The notes: generated by a model not told the origin, from the letters alone. A DNA stretch of 61,663 nucleotides, filler included, from 6 parts of 6 records of this genome joined end to end with filler, not necessarily neighbours in it, one strand, 5' to 3'; shown: positions 28,964 through 39,830, counted from the whole stretch's first letter. Program-made: numbers and translations.

Positions 28964-31900
28964 GGGGTGGTCTCCAGTAATCGGATTACGGACTGAAAAT
29001 CGAATACTTTGAGCAGAGCCTGCATGTCTTCAGCCAGGCCCGCGTCCAGATGAGCATTGTCGCGTGCTTGCACGATGCGCTCGCGCAGGCCAGTGAGGTG
29101 GCCGATTTCAGCCAAGGCGAGAAGTTCATCGCGCAATGGGGCTTGCAGTGTGTGCACGGGGCTGGTCTGTTGCACCACGGCGATGCGCTTTTGCAACGTA
29201 TTCTGGCGATGGACCCAGGTGAGTGACAGGTGGCGGGCGAGACTATCGAGCAGACTATTGAGCTTCAGGGGTTTGGTCAGGTAATCGTTGTGCAGGCCGT
29301 CGGCAATGGCCGGGTTGTTTTCGCGGGCATTGGCCGACAGCATGACCACCGGACCACGATAGCCCTGGCGGCGAATATGCTGGGCGGTTTCCCAACCGGT
29401 GAGGCCAGGCATGGCAATGTCCAGTAGTATCAGGTCGGGGTTGATGTGGCGGGCCAACTGCATGCCGGCTTCCCCGTCAGGGGCTTCATTGATGATGAAT
29501 CCCAATGGGGTGAGCAGGTCACTGATCAGGCCACGGTGTGAAGGATCATCATCAATGATCAGCAGGGTCTTGCGCTCACCGTCATAACCGGCCACTGGCT
29601 GGCGTTCCTGGCGCGTGGGGGCTGGGCCGCTGAGCCTGGAGAGCATGACCGACAAGCGGAATTCGCTGCCTTGTCCTGGCACACTGTCCACTTGAATATC
29701 CCCCCCCATAATGTCTGCCAGCAACTGGGTAATGGTGAGTCCCAGGCCGGTGCCATGGACGCTGGGGGTGCCGGGTTTTCGCACTCGCTCGAATGGCCGG
29801 AAAATTCGCTTCAGGTCTTCTTCGTCAATGCCGACGCCGGTATCAGCGATTACAAACTCTGCTACCTGGTTGCGATAGCGGAAGGTCAGTGTGACCTGTC
29901 CGTCGCGGGTAAACTTTATGGCATTGGAAAGCAGATTGATCAGAATCTGGCGTAGCCGTTTTTCATCGGTGGTCACCCAGGCTGGCATCGGGCTTTTGCT
30001 GCGGAATTCAAAGCCGATGCCCTTTTCTGCCGCCTGCAACTGAAACATGGTGACCAGCTCGTCGATCAGTTCCGGTACACATACCTGATTTCGATACAGC
30101 TCCAGCCGACCCGCTTCGATCTTGGATATTTCCAGCAAACCTTCAATTAAATCGGAGAGATGTTCGGTGCTGCGCCGTATGGCACTAATAGCGTCGCGCC
30201 GGTTTTCCGGGATGCTTGGGTCTTGCTCCAACAGTTGGGCATACCCGAAGGCGGCGTTCAGGGGGGAGCGCAGTTCGTGGCTGAGCCCGGTAAGGTAGCG
30301 GCTTTTTGCCTGATTCGCGGCCTCCGCCACTTCCTTGGCTGCCTGTAATGCCAGGTCGGTTTTTTCGTGGGCCTTGATCTCTTCCATCAGCATGCGGGTT
30401 TGCCGCCGGCTTTCTTCCTGGGCGACCACCCGGCTTTCATGGGCGAGCACAAATAACCAGGCCACCACGCCACTGATAATAATCAGAATGGCGAAGACCT
30501 TGGTCAGCGTGTCTGCCATGAGCTCTTTGATGAGTGGATCTGTGATAGGGATCTGATAATAAATGAGCGCTAGCAGCCCGCTCATGATCAGAGTCACGAT
30601 AACCAGCAGGCCGAGAAAATGCCCCATGCGTGAGCGCAACAGATTAATCAGTGACGCGGGCAGAAGGCCGCCCATCCAGTCAATCAGTTGTTCGGAGAAT
30701 CGAGCGTGATGTTTACAGCTGTCGTTGCAGCGCGCATCCAGTGAGCAGCACAGCGAACAGATAGGGCCGTTGTAGGCAGGGCAAAAGGCCATGTCTTCCC
30801 GGTCAAAATGATGTTCGCAGATACAGCAGGCGAGCCCCTCCAGTTCCCGGCTGGGACTGGGAGGGCGAGCGATGTAGTAGCGGCTGCGGGTGAGCAGGGC
30901 AATCAGTGGTGCGGTGATAAAGGTGCTGAACAGGGCAATGAAGGAAGCCAGAGCCAGGGCAGTTTCGCCCCACAGGCCCGCGCGGGCGCTGAGGCCGATG
31001 GCGGTGGCTATGACCATGGAGCCAAACCCAACCGGGTTCAGGTCGTAGAGGTAGGCGCGCTTGAATTCAATATGTTTTGGGCTTAATCCCAGTGGCTTGT
31101 TGATCACCAGATCGGCTACCAGAGCGCCCATCCAGGCCACGGCGACTACCGCGTAGCTACCAAGGATGGATTCAAAGGCCCGGTAAATACCGATTTCCAT
31201 CAGTACCAACGCGATCACAACGTTGAAGACCAGCCACACCACCCGGCCGGGATGGCTGTGGGTGAGCCGGGAGAAAAAATTGGACCAGGCGATGGAGCCG
31301 GCATAGGCGTTGGTGACGTTGATTTTCAACTGCGAGAGGATCACAAAAATGCCTGCCAGCGCCAATAGCATGGTGGGGTTGTGAGTGACATGACTGAATG
31401 CCACCAGGTACATGTGCATGGGTTCCTGGGCCTGTTCCAGAGGGAGCCCGGAATAAAAGGCTAATACCGCCAAAAAGGAACCGGCCAGGGTTTTCAGGCC
31501 GCCAATCACGACCCAGCCTGGCCCGCCGGCCAGCAAGGCAGTCCACCAACGCAGCCGTTTGCCTTTTTCCGGTTCCGGCATGAAGCGCAGGAAATCCACT
31601 TGCTCACCGATTTGCGCTACCAGCGAAAACAGCACGGTGGCACCGGCGCCGAACATGATCAGGTTGAAGCCGCCGCCATCGTTGTTCAGGCCCTCGAAGG
31701 CGGCCCAGCGAGGCAGGGTGGATGGGTCCTGCAGAAGGATGAAAACAAACGGTAACAGTTGCAGGAATACCCATACGGGCTGTGTCCACAACTGGAAACG
31801 GGTGAGCGTAGTGATGCCATGGATGACCAGAGGAATGGCAACCAGGGAGCTGAGAAGATAGCCAATAGTGGGAGGAATACCGAACAGGATTTCCAGCGCC

Positions 31901-32316
31901 ATGGCCATGATGGCCGCTTCCAACGCGAAGAAAATAAACGTAAACGACGCGTATATCAGTGAGGTGATGGTTGAGCCCAGGTAGCCGAACCCCGCGCCTC
32001 GGGTAAGCAGGTCGATATCCACCCCATAGCGTGCGGCGTAATAACTGACCGGTAGCCCGAGCAGAAAGATCACTCCCATCACCGCACAGATAGCCGCCAC
32101 GGCATTGGTAAAGCCGTAATTTAGCGTAATGGCGCCGCCGATAGCCTCAAGGGCAAGGAACGTGATGGCTCCAATGGCCGTGCCGGCCACCCGCCCGGCA
32201 GACCAGCGGCGCGCTCCCTTGCCGGTAAAGCGCAGGGAGAAATCCTCCAGGGTCTGGTTGGCAACCCATTGGTTGTAACTGCGTCGCACACGGAAGATGC
32301 GCTGCTCAATAGCCAT
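28960..32316 (-). CDS. Hybrid sensor histidine kinase: N-terminal NCS1/solute-symporter-like membrane domain, Cys-rich linker, HisKA-HATPase-REC
   Basis: About 12-14 N-terminal TM helices (DLLTRGAGFG, QLKINVTNAY); SHELRSPL; N-box NLLSNAIKFT; DTGVGI; GTGLGL; REC LLDIAMP. Start placed at MAIEQ (32316). Confidence 0.9.
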   Translation of the reverse strand: MAIEQRIFRVRRSYNQWVANQTLEDFSLRFTGKGARRWSAGRVAGTAIGAITFLALEAIGGAITLNYGFTNAVAAICAVMGVIFLLGLPVSYYAARYGVDIDLLTRGAGFGYLGSTITSLIYASFTFIFFALEAAIMAMALEILFGIPPTIGYLLSSLVAIPLVIHGITTLTRFQLWTQPVWVFLQLLPFVFILLQDPSTLPRWAAFEGLNNDGGGFNLIMFGAGATVLFSLVAQIGEQVDFLRFMPEPEKGKRLRWWTALLAGGPGWVVIGGLKTLAGSFLAVLAFYSGLPLEQAQEPMHMYLVAFSHVTHNPTMLLALAGIFVILSQLKINVTNAYAGSIAWSNFFSRLTHSHPGRVVWLVFNVVIALVLMEIGIYRAFESILGSYAVVAVAWMGALVADLVINKPLGLSPKHIEFKRAYLYDLNPVGFGSMVIATAIGLSARAGLWGETALALASFIALFSTFITAPLIALLTRSRYYIARPPSPSRELEGLACCICEHHFDREDMAFCPAYNGPICSLCCSLDARCNDSCKHHARFSEQLIDWMGGLLPASLINLLRSRMGHFLGLLVIVTLIMSGLLALIYYQIPITDPLIKELMADTLTKVFAILIIISGVVAWLFVLAHESRVVAQEESRRQTRMLMEEIKAHEKTDLALQAAKEVAEAANQAKSRYLTGLSHELRSPLNAAFGYAQLLEQDPSIPENRRDAISAIRRSTEHLSDLIEGLLEISKIEAGRLELYRNQVCVPELIDELVTMFQLQAAEKGIGFEFRSKSPMPAWVTTDEKRLRQILINLLSNAIKFTRDGQVTLTFRYRNQVAEFVIADTGVGIDEEDLKRIFRPFERVRKPGTPSVHGTGLGLTITQLLADIMGGDIQVDSVPGQGSEFRLSVMLSRLSGPAPTRQERQPVAGYDGERKTLLIIDDDPSHRGLISDLLTPLGFIINEAPDGEAGMQLARHINPDLILLDIAMPGLTGWETAQHIRRQGYRGPVVMLSANARENNPAIADGLHNDYLTKPLKLNSLLDSLARHLSLTWVHRQNTLQKRIAVVQQTSPVHTLQAPLRDELLALAEIGHLTGLRERIVQARDNAHLDAGLAEDMQALLKVFDFQSVIRLLETTP

Positions 32317-32470
32317 AACGTTTCCGTTGTCGGCAGCAGGATATCCATTTCGCGGATGCCGGGTTGAAGGCTGGGTGGAGCGCTTGCTCCAGGATGTTGC
32401 AAGAAACAATGCACAAAACGTGCCCACCCGTGTACGCGCATTACTTTATGGGTCCTTGAGCGAACCGGGA

Positions 32471-32488
32471 ATGCGTCAAATGACGTAG
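32471..32488. promoter_or_regulatory. Palindromic operator, copy 1 (divergent kinase/urtA promoter region)
   Basis: ATGCGTCAAATGACGTAG; matches the reverse complement of copy 2 at 17/18 positions. Confidence 0.7.
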
Positions 32489-32593
32489 TGCGATGGCGCA
32501 ATCACCGAATGGGCCGGGGGCGGGCAGGTTTCCATACTCGTTGGCGAGGGACACGACGTGCTTCCCGTGAATTTCGCTGATGAGGGGTAAACC

Positions 32594-33850
32594 ATGAAAT
32601 TGAGCAAAACCCGTTCTTCAAGTCACCGGTCGTCCTGGACGCGCCGGCATCTTCTGGGGGGGCTGATGGCGCTACCTGCGTTGTTCGCCCTGTCCAATAC
32701 GGCGCTGGCTGCCGATGTGAACACCACCGGCCTGGCGGTTACTGATGACACCGTGAAAGTGGGCATCCTGCATTCGATTACCGGCACCATGGCAATCAGT
32801 GAGACTGGCTCAGTCCAGGCCGAGAAGCTGGCCATTGAGCAGATCAATGCTTCCGGGGGGGTGTTGGGCCGGCAGATCGAATACATCCAGGAAGACGGCG
32901 CCAGTGACTGGCCCACCTTTGCTGAAAAATCCCGCAAGCTGCTGGTAAACGATAATGTTGCTGCGGTTTTTGGTTGCTGGACCTCCGCTTCCCGTAAAGC
33001 GGTTCTGCCAGTCTTTGAGCAGTACAACGGCATGCTTTATTACCCCACGTTTTATGAGGGGCTGGAAGAATCGCCGAACGTGATCTATACCGGTCAGGAA
33101 GCCACGCAGCAGATTCTTGCGAGCATTGACTGGCTGGCTGAAGAGAAAGGCGCCAAGACATTCTACCTGCTGGGTTCCGATTACATTTGGCCGCGCACCT
33201 CCAACAAGATTGCCCGAAAACACATCGACAAGCTGGGTCTGAAAGTGGTGGGCGAAGAGTACTACCCGCTTGGTCATACCCAGTTCAACTCGGTGATTAA
33301 CAAGATCAAGTTGAAAAAACCGGATGTGATCTTCGCGTCAGTGGTGGGTGGTTCCAATGTGGCGTTCTACAAGCAGATGAAAGCGGCTGGTATTGATCTG
33401 ACCAAAGAGAGCCCGCTGTTGCTTACCATCTCGGTTACCGAAGATGAAATTCTGGGTATTGGCGGTGAGAACGTGGAAGGTGCTTACGCTTCCATGAAGT
33501 ATTTCCAGAGCCTGGGTAATGATAATAACCAGGATTTTGTGAAAGCGTTCAAGGAGCGCTGGGGGGACGACATCGTTATCGGTGATGTGACCCAGGCCGC
33601 TTATCTTGGTCCATGGTTGTGGAAAGCGGCGGTGGAAAAAGCCGGCTCTTTCGATATCGACAAAGTGCGTGAAGCGTCTCCCGGTATTGAATTGACCACA
33701 GCTCCGGAAGGCTATGTTCGCATCCATGAGAATCATCACTTGTGGTCCAAGGCCCGTATCGGTCAGGCACAGAAAGACGGTCAGTACAAAGTGATCTACG
33801 AGACCGAAGAGCTGATGGAACCAGACCCGTTCCCTAAAGGTTACCAGTAA
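32594..33850 (+). CDS. urtA: Urea/short-chain amide ABC transporter substrate-binding protein
   Basis: LHSITGTMAISE, DGASDWPTFAEK, FGCWTSASRK, YPTFYEG and GSDYIWPR. Confidence 0.95.
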   Translation: MKLSKTRSSSHRSSWTRRHLLGGLMALPALFALSNTALAADVNTTGLAVTDDTVKVGILHSITGTMAISETGSVQAEKLAIEQINASGGVLGRQIEYIQEDGASDWPTFAEKSRKLLVNDNVAAVFGCWTSASRKAVLPVFEQYNGMLYYPTFYEGLEESPNVIYTGQEATQQILASIDWLAEEKGAKTFYLLGSDYIWPRTSNKIARKHIDKLGLKVVGEEYYPLGHTQFNSVINKIKLKKPDVIFASVVGGSNVAFYKQMKAAGIDLTKESPLLLTISVTEDEILGIGGENVEGAYASMKYFQSLGNDNNQDFVKAFKERWGDDIVIGDVTQAAYLGPWLWKAAVEKAGSFDIDKVREASPGIELTTAPEGYVRIHENHHLWSKARIGQAQKDGQYKVIYETEELMEPDPFPKGYQ

Positions 33851-33949
33851 GTTGCGTTACCGGCGCCCAGAACATCGGGCGTCGGATTTTCCTTTTCCAT
33901 CCTGTTTCTTTTACTGAATTTCCCTATTTCATTCTTGGGAGTACCTGCC

Positions 33950-34876
33950 ATGTTCGCTGACTACACCATGACGGAGTTGACTTCTATCTTCGCCATGCAG
34001 GGGTTTGCCGGTCTATCGCTATTTTCCATTTTTGTGCTGATGGCGCTGGGGCTGGCGATTATTTTTGGGCAAATGGGCGTGATCAACATGGCCCATGGTG
34101 AATTCATGATTCTGGGCGCTTACACCACGTACCTGACCGCTCAGTTGTTTGAAAACTATATGCCTGGGTTGTACGGGGGCTATTTCTTTGTGGCCATGAT
34201 ATTGGCCTTCTTCGTCACCGCCGCGCTTGGGGCGTTGGTGGAATGGTTAATGATACGGCATCTCTACCACCGCCCGCTGGACACATTGCTGGCCACATGG
34301 GGCCTGAGTCTGATTCTCCAGCAAACGTACCGCAGTGTCTTTGGTGCACGTGAAGTGGGTGTGAGTTTGCCGGACTGGATGATGGGATCGATCGCAGTTA
34401 CCGATCTGGTGGAAATTCCTATCAACGGGATCTTCGTTATGGTGCTGGCATTGGTGATTGCCTTTGGCGTTTATCTGTTGATGTTCCGCTCCGGCTGGGG
34501 AAGACAGGTGCGTGCAGTGGTTCAGAATCGCCCCATGTCTGAAGCTGTCGGTATCGATAGCGGTAAAGTTGACCGTGTCACCTTCGCGTTAGGTTGTGGT
34601 ATTGCGGGTGTGGCAGGCAGTGCGTTCACCATGATCGGCTCTACCGGTCCGACTTCCGGGCAGCTGTATATCGTCGACACCTTCCTGGTTGTGGTGTTCG
34701 GCGGAGCGCAAAGTCTGCTTGGCACGATTGCTTCTGCATTCACCATTTCCCAGGCTCAGTCCACGATGGAATTTTTCCTCAGTGGTTCCATGGCCAAAGT
34801 GCTCACGCTGCTGGTTGTGGTCGGCATTCTCATGCTGCGCCCGCAGGGTTTGTTTGCACTCAAGGTTCGTCGCTAG
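33950..34876 (+). CDS. urtB: Urea/amide ABC transporter permease
   Basis: GLAIIFGQMGVINMAHGEF, RPLDTLLATWG and RPQGLF. Confidence 0.93.
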   Translation: MFADYTMTELTSIFAMQGFAGLSLFSIFVLMALGLAIIFGQMGVINMAHGEFMILGAYTTYLTAQLFENYMPGLYGGYFFVAMILAFFVTAALGALVEWLMIRHLYHRPLDTLLATWGLSLILQQTYRSVFGAREVGVSLPDWMMGSIAVTDLVEIPINGIFVMVLALVIAFGVYLLMFRSGWGRQVRAVVQNRPMSEAVGIDSGKVDRVTFALGCGIAGVAGSAFTMIGSTGPTSGQLYIVDTFLVVVFGGAQSLLGTIASAFTISQAQSTMEFFLSGSMAKVLTLLVVVGILMLRPQGLFALKVRR

Positions 34877-34885
34877 GAGATCGCC

Positions 34886-36028
34886 ATGAAATCAACGTCA
34901 TTTTTTCAATGGTTAGGGTCCCGCGAGGGGATATACCACCTGCTTTTGGCACTGCTGCTGGTGGTGGTGTTTCCACTGGCACTGGATGCCTTTCGTCTTA
35001 ACATGGTTGGCAAGTACCTTACCTATGCGTTTGCTGCGCTCGGGCTGGTTCTTTGCTGGGGGCGCAGTGGCATTCTGAGTCTGGGGCAGGGGATATTCTT
35101 CGGTCTTGGCGGCTACTGCATGGCGATGTTCCTGAAGTTGGAAGCGTCCAGCCCGGAGAATACGTCAATTCAGTCTACCCCCGGTATTCCCGACTTTATG
35201 GACTGGAACCAGCTCACCGCGTTGCCCTGGTTTTGGGAACCCTTCCACAGCTTTTCATTCACTCTGATAGCGGTAGTTGCGGTGCCTGCGATTCTCGCCT
35301 TGATCATCGGCGTAGCCATGTTCAAGCGTCGAGTGGGTGGTGTGTATTTCGCCATTATTACCCAGGCGATCGCTGCGATCCTGACTATTCTGATTATTGG
35401 TCAACAGGGTTTCACGGGAGGGGTGAATGGTATTACCGACCTGCGCACCCTGATGGGTTGGGATATCCGTAGTGACGAAGCCAAAACGGCCTTGTACTTC
35501 GTGTGTGTAGGCATGTTGTTCCTGTGTCTGATCATTGGCCGCTGGGTTATGCACAGCAAGCTGGGTCGTATTCTGCTTGCCATGCGTGATCAGGAAGACA
35601 GGGTACGTTTTTCCGGTTACGACGTGGCTTCCTTCAAAATCTTCGTATTCTGCCTGGCGGGTATGTTTGCCGGTGTTGGGGGAGCGATGTTCACCCTGCA
35701 GGTAGGGTTCATGTCGCCAACCTTTGTCGGAATTGTGCCTTCCATTGAAATGGTCGTGTTGTGTGCCGTCGGCGGCCGTAACTCTTTGTTGGGTGCCGTT
35801 TATGGTGCCTTGATCGTTAATGCCGCGAAAACCGGTTTCTCCGAATCGTTCCCGGAGTTGTGGCTGTACGCCATGGGCGCCTTGTTTATTGGTGTGGTGC
35901 TGGCATTCCCTGATGGTCTTGCTGGCCTCTATAACCGCTATCTGCAGCCGCTGGAGAGAAAGCTGCCTTCGCTGCTGCGCCGCCGTCGTAGTGATGCCGG
36001 TAACTTGTCTGTGGAGGAAGCCAAATGA
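34886..36028 (+). CDS. urtC: Urea/amide ABC transporter permease
   Basis: GILSLGQGIFFGLGGY, PDFMDW, GVYFAIITQA and RDQEDRVRFSGY. Confidence 0.93.
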   Translation: MKSTSFFQWLGSREGIYHLLLALLLVVVFPLALDAFRLNMVGKYLTYAFAALGLVLCWGRSGILSLGQGIFFGLGGYCMAMFLKLEASSPENTSIQSTPGIPDFMDWNQLTALPWFWEPFHSFSFTLIAVVAVPAILALIIGVAMFKRRVGGVYFAIITQAIAAILTILIIGQQGFTGGVNGITDLRTLMGWDIRSDEAKTALYFVCVGMLFLCLIIGRWVMHSKLGRILLAMRDQEDRVRFSGYDVASFKIFVFCLAGMFAGVGGAMFTLQVGFMSPTFVGIVPSIEMVVLCAVGGRNSLLGAVYGALIVNAAKTGFSESFPELWLYAMGALFIGVVLAFPDGLAGLYNRYLQPLERKLPSLLRRRRSDAGNLSVEEAK

Positions 36029-36774
36029 GCCCGAGCAATAATGATTTCATTCTTTCGGTAGAAGGGCTGACGGTATCGTTCGATGGGTTCAAGGCCGTTA
36101 ATGATATGTCGCTCTATCTGGAACCCCAGGAAATCCGGGTGATTATCGGCCCCAATGGGGCCGGTAAAACCACCGTTCTGGATCTGATTTGTGGCAAAAC
36201 CCGTGCGACGGAAGGGTCGATAAAGTTCAAGGGTAAAGAGCTGAGCAAGATGAGCGAGCACAAGATTGTCCGCTCAGGGGTCGGCCGAAAATTCCAGAAC
36301 CCGTCCATCTATGAAGACCTCACCGTGTTTGAAAATCTGGAAGTCTCATTTCCCCGAGGTCGCTCGGTGATGGGGGCGCTGGCATTCAAGCGCGATGCAG
36401 AGGTTGTCGGCGCGGTGGAAGAGGTTGCCAGAACCATCTTCCTTGAAGAGCTTCTGGACCAGCCTGCGGCCTTGCTTAGTCACGGCCAGAAGCAGTGGTT
36501 GGAGATTGGCATGTTGCTGATTCAGAAACCGGATCTGCTGATGCTGGATGAGCCTGTGGCGGGTATGTCAGTCGCGGAGCGCAAGAAAACGGCGGAACTT
36601 CTGCGGGTTATTACCAAAAACCATACGGTGTTGGTGATCGAGCATGACATGCAGTTTGTCGGAGATATTGCCGATCGGGTCACGGTTATGCACCAAGGCA
36701 AGGTGCTGTCCGAGGGCTCACTGGAAAAGGTGAAGTCAGACCCGAAGGTCATCGAAGTTTATCTGGGACATTGA
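36025..36774 (+). CDS. urtD: Urea/amide ABC transporter ATP-binding protein
   Basis: GPNGAGKTT, GRKFQ, LSHGQKQWLEIG and LDEPVAGM. Confidence 0.94.
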   Translation: MSPSNNDFILSVEGLTVSFDGFKAVNDMSLYLEPQEIRVIIGPNGAGKTTVLDLICGKTRATEGSIKFKGKELSKMSEHKIVRSGVGRKFQNPSIYEDLTVFENLEVSFPRGRSVMGALAFKRDAEVVGAVEEVARTIFLEELLDQPAALLSHGQKQWLEIGMLLIQKPDLLMLDEPVAGMSVAERKKTAELLRVITKNHTVLVIEHDMQFVGDIADRVTVMHQGKVLSEGSLEKVKSDPKVIEVYLGH

Positions 36775-36829
36775 GCCGGTTGTGATCGGAGTTGAATCAT
36801 GACTCCGACGCGGATTGGGAGTGCAGATT

Positions 36830-37519
36830 ATGTTGAAAGTATCGAATTACGAGGTGGCCTACGGGCAAAGCACCATTATTCGCGATATGAACCTCAAGAT
36901 TGAGGAAAACGAAATTGTCGCAGTAGTGGGCCGTAATGGCATGGGTAAAACCACCCTTATGAAATCACTGATCGGAATGGAAAAAGCCCGGTCTGGAATA
37001 ACCGAGCTGGATGGGGTTGATCTGTCGGCCATGAAAAGTTGTCAGCGAGTAAAGGCTGGCCTGGGGTTTGTTCCCCAGGGACGCATGATTTTTCCGTCGT
37101 TGACGGTGAAGGAGAACATCGAAACAGGCTTGGCAGCGGTGGGCGAAAAGAAAGTGCCCCAAGATCTATATGAGCTGTTCCCGGTTCTGGAAGAAATGCA
37201 AAGTCGACGTGGCGGCAATTTGTCAGGCGGGCAGCAGCAACAGTTGGCTATTGCTCGTGCTCTGGCGACCCGTCCAAAGGTATTGCTTTTGGATGAGCCC
37301 ACCGAGGGTATTCAGCCCTCCATCATCAAGGATATGGCACGTACATTGAAACGTATCCGTGATGAGCGGGGGTTATCCATTGTGGTTTCCGAACAGGTTC
37401 TGAGCTTTGTTATGGATGTGGCAGACCGGATTCTAGTGATCGAGAAAGGCGAAATTGTTCATGAAGAAAGCGGAGAAAGCATGAATCAGGAAAAAATTGC
37501 CGCTTATCTTGCAGTGTAA
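36830..37519 (+). CDS. urtE: Urea/amide ABC transporter ATP-binding protein
   Basis: [22 protein letters not shown] and [11 protein letters not shown]. Confidence 0.94.
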   Translation: MLKVSNYEVAYGQSTIIRDMNLKIEENEIVAVVGRNGMGKTTLMKSLIGMEKARSGITELDGVDLSAMKSCQRVKAGLGFVPQGRMIFPSLTVKENIETGLAAVGEKKVPQDLYELFPVLEEMQSRRGGNLSGGQQQQLAIARALATRPKVLLLDEPTEGIQPSIIKDMARTLKRIRDERGLSIVVSEQVLSFVMDVADRILVIEKGEIVHEESGESMNQEKIAAYLAV

Positions 37520-37566
37520 ACAGGGCTGATCGAAACGGTTTATTCCCGGTAGTAGAGGAGAAGACA

Positions 37567-38613
37567 ATGCGACATGGCGATATTTCCAGTAGCAATGACA
37601 CCGTAGGTGTCGCTGTCGTGAATTACAAAATGCCAAGACTGCACAGCAAAGCTGAGGTTCTGGCTAATGCCCGTAATATTGCGGAAATGATTAAGGGTAT
37701 GAAAAAGGGGCTGCCTGGTATGGATCTGGTGGTTTTCCCGGAATATAGCACTATGGGCATCATGTATGACCCGGATGAAATGATGGAAACTGCAGCCACC
37801 ATCCCCGGCGATGAAACAGCCATATTTTCGGCGGCGTGTCGTGAAGCCGACACCTGGGGCGTATTTTCCCTGACCGGTGAGCGTCACGAACAGCATCCAG
37901 AGAAAGCGCCTTACAACACCCTGGTGCTGATCAATAACGAGGGCGAAATTGTTCAGAAATACCGCAAGTGTATTCCCTGGTGCCCTATTGAGGGCTGGTA
38001 TCCCGGTGATACCACCTATGTCACTGAAGGTCCCAAAGGGATGAAGATCAGTCTGATCATTTGTGACGACGGTAATTACCCGGAAATCTGGCGGGATTGT
38101 GCGATGAAAGGAGCCGAGCTGATCGTCCGCTGTCAGGGGTACATGTATCCCGCCAAGGAGCAGCAGGTAATGATGGCCAAATCCATGGCGTGGGCAAACA
38201 ATTGCTATGTGGCTGTCGCCAACGCCAGTGGTTTTGATGGGGTGTACTCGTACTTTGGTCACTCTGCGGTAATCGGTTTTGATGGCCGTACGCTGGGTGA
38301 ATGCGGCGAAGAGGATATGGGTATTCAGTACGCCCAGTTATCGATCAGCCAGATCCGTGATGCCCGTGCCAATGATCAGTCTCAGAATCATCTGTTCAAG
38401 TTGCTACACCGTGGCTATACGGGCATGCATGCTTCAGGAGATGGTGACAAGGGGATTGCGGATTGTCCGTTCGATTTCTATCGAACCTGGGTGATGGATG
38501 CACAGAAAGCCCAGGAAAATGTGGAGGCGATGACGCGTAAGACAGTGGGTGTGGCGGAGTGTCCGGTGGGTGAGTTGCCGGTTGATGGAAAAGAGAAAAC
38601 GGCAGGTGGCTGA
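37567..38613 (+). CDS. amiE: Aliphatic amidase (nitrilase superfamily)
   Basis: N-terminus [26 protein letters not shown] is characteristic of AmiE; Glu-Lys-Cys triad in FPEYS, YRKCIPW and IICDDG. Confidence 0.96.
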   Translation: MRHGDISSSNDTVGVAVVNYKMPRLHSKAEVLANARNIAEMIKGMKKGLPGMDLVVFPEYSTMGIMYDPDEMMETAATIPGDETAIFSAACREADTWGVFSLTGERHEQHPEKAPYNTLVLINNEGEIVQKYRKCIPWCPIEGWYPGDTTYVTEGPKGMKISLIICDDGNYPEIWRDCAMKGAELIVRCQGYMYPAKEQQVMMAKSMAWANNCYVAVANASGFDGVYSYFGHSAVIGFDGRTLGECGEEDMGIQYAQLSISQIRDARANDQSQNHLFKLLHRGYTGMHASGDGDKGIADCPFDFYRTWVMDAQKAQENVEAMTRKTVGVAECPVGELPVDGKEKTAGG

Positions 38614-39647
38614 TGCCCTTTATCAATGAGAAATTGACGGCGAACGAGGCGGAGGCTGGTCGACTGAGCAGGACTGCCGATCCAGAGCGAATGAGCCGGT
38701 TTGTCTTTGATCCGGCTACGGTAATGGCTCTATTGAGAGAACATATCATCGGTCAGCCCCATGTGCTGGACAGCATCGATAATATGTTGCGGGTGCTCAA
38801 GGCGGATATTGTTCCTGATGATCGCCCTTTGGGGGTGCAATTGTTTGTGGGCCCGACCGGAGTCGGCAAAACTGAAACGGTGCGGCTGCTGGGCGAAGCT
38901 ATCCATGGTAGTGCTGATTCGATATGCCGTATTGATATGAGCACGTTGACCCAGGAACATTATGCTGCCTCTCTAACCGGGGCACCGCCCGGCTATGTGG
39001 GTAGCAAGGAAGGGCAGACCCTGTTTGATGTGGAGGCCATTCAGGGTAGTTTCAGCAAGCCCGGGATTGTGTTGTTCGATGAGTTGGAAAAAGCCAGCCC
39101 AGAGGTTGTGCGGGCATTGCTCAATGTACTGGAGCGCGGGCGGATGCGACTCAGTGCGGGAAACCGCGAAATTGACTTTCGTAACAGTCTGATTTTTATG
39201 ACCAGCAACGCCGGCGCGGCACAGGTGTCGGTTCTTAGGGGCCGACAGCAGAAACGGTGGTGGTCGTGGGGAGATTCAAAGACCCAGATCAACGAAGTGG
39301 TGGATCGGGCATTGCAGAAACATTTTGATCCGGAGTTTCTTAACCGCATTGATAACATCATTACGTTTAATCCTCTGGATAAGGATATCAGTGAAAAGTT
39401 ACTTGATATTGAGCTGGTAAAGCTCAACAAACGGCTACAAAAACGCAAGGTGCTGCTGAGCCTGGGTGAAGGGGCAAGGCGTTATCTATGTAACACCATG
39501 GATGCCCGTTATGGTGCCAGGGAAATGGCTCGCCGGATACGCAATGAACTCTCTCCTCCGTTGGCCAGAGTGATGCTGGATTACCCTCAAGCGGATACCT
39601 TCGAGGCCCAAGTGCAAGCTGGGGCGCTAATCGTTCTTCCGGTTTGA
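38613..39647 (+). CDS. amiB: AAA+ ATPase resembling the ClpA/B second nucleotide-binding domain (AmiB-like)
   Basis: IIGQ, GPTGVGKTE, LTGAPPGYVG, FDELEKA, MTSNAG, PEFLNRID and GARE; TGATG coupling to amiE. Confidence 0.85.
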   Translation: MPFINEKLTANEAEAGRLSRTADPERMSRFVFDPATVMALLREHIIGQPHVLDSIDNMLRVLKADIVPDDRPLGVQLFVGPTGVGKTETVRLLGEAIHGSADSICRIDMSTLTQEHYAASLTGAPPGYVGSKEGQTLFDVEAIQGSFSKPGIVLFDELEKASPEVVRALLNVLERGRMRLSAGNREIDFRNSLIFMTSNAGAAQVSVLRGRQQKRWWSWGDSKTQINEVVDRALQKHFDPEFLNRIDNIITFNPLDKDISEKLLDIELVKLNKRLQKRKVLLSLGEGARRYLCNTMDARYGAREMARRIRNELSPPLARVMLDYPQADTFEAQVQAGALIVLPV

Positions 39648-39669
39648 TCGATTATCGACAGGTTCACCC

Positions 39670-39695
39670 AACCGCCAGCTTGCTGGCGGTTTTTT
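39670..39695 (+). terminator. Rho-independent terminator after amiB
   Basis: AACCGCCAGC-TT-GCTGGCGGTT followed by TTTT. Confidence 0.8.
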
Positions 39696-39812
39696 GTTTC
39701 TGCCGGGGAGGCAATGCTTGCAGCTTGGAGCGCCTCGTTGACAGCCATCTCCAGGCAACCTTCTCTTGCCCGTTATTCATGAAGTGCTTGAGTACTGATT
39801 TAACGGGTTCGA

Positions 39813-39830
39813 GTACGTCATTTGACGCAT
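39813..39830. promoter_or_regulatory. Palindromic operator, copy 2 (upstream of amiF)
   Basis: GTACGTCATTTGACGCAT, followed by TATAAC near 39842. Confidence 0.7.
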
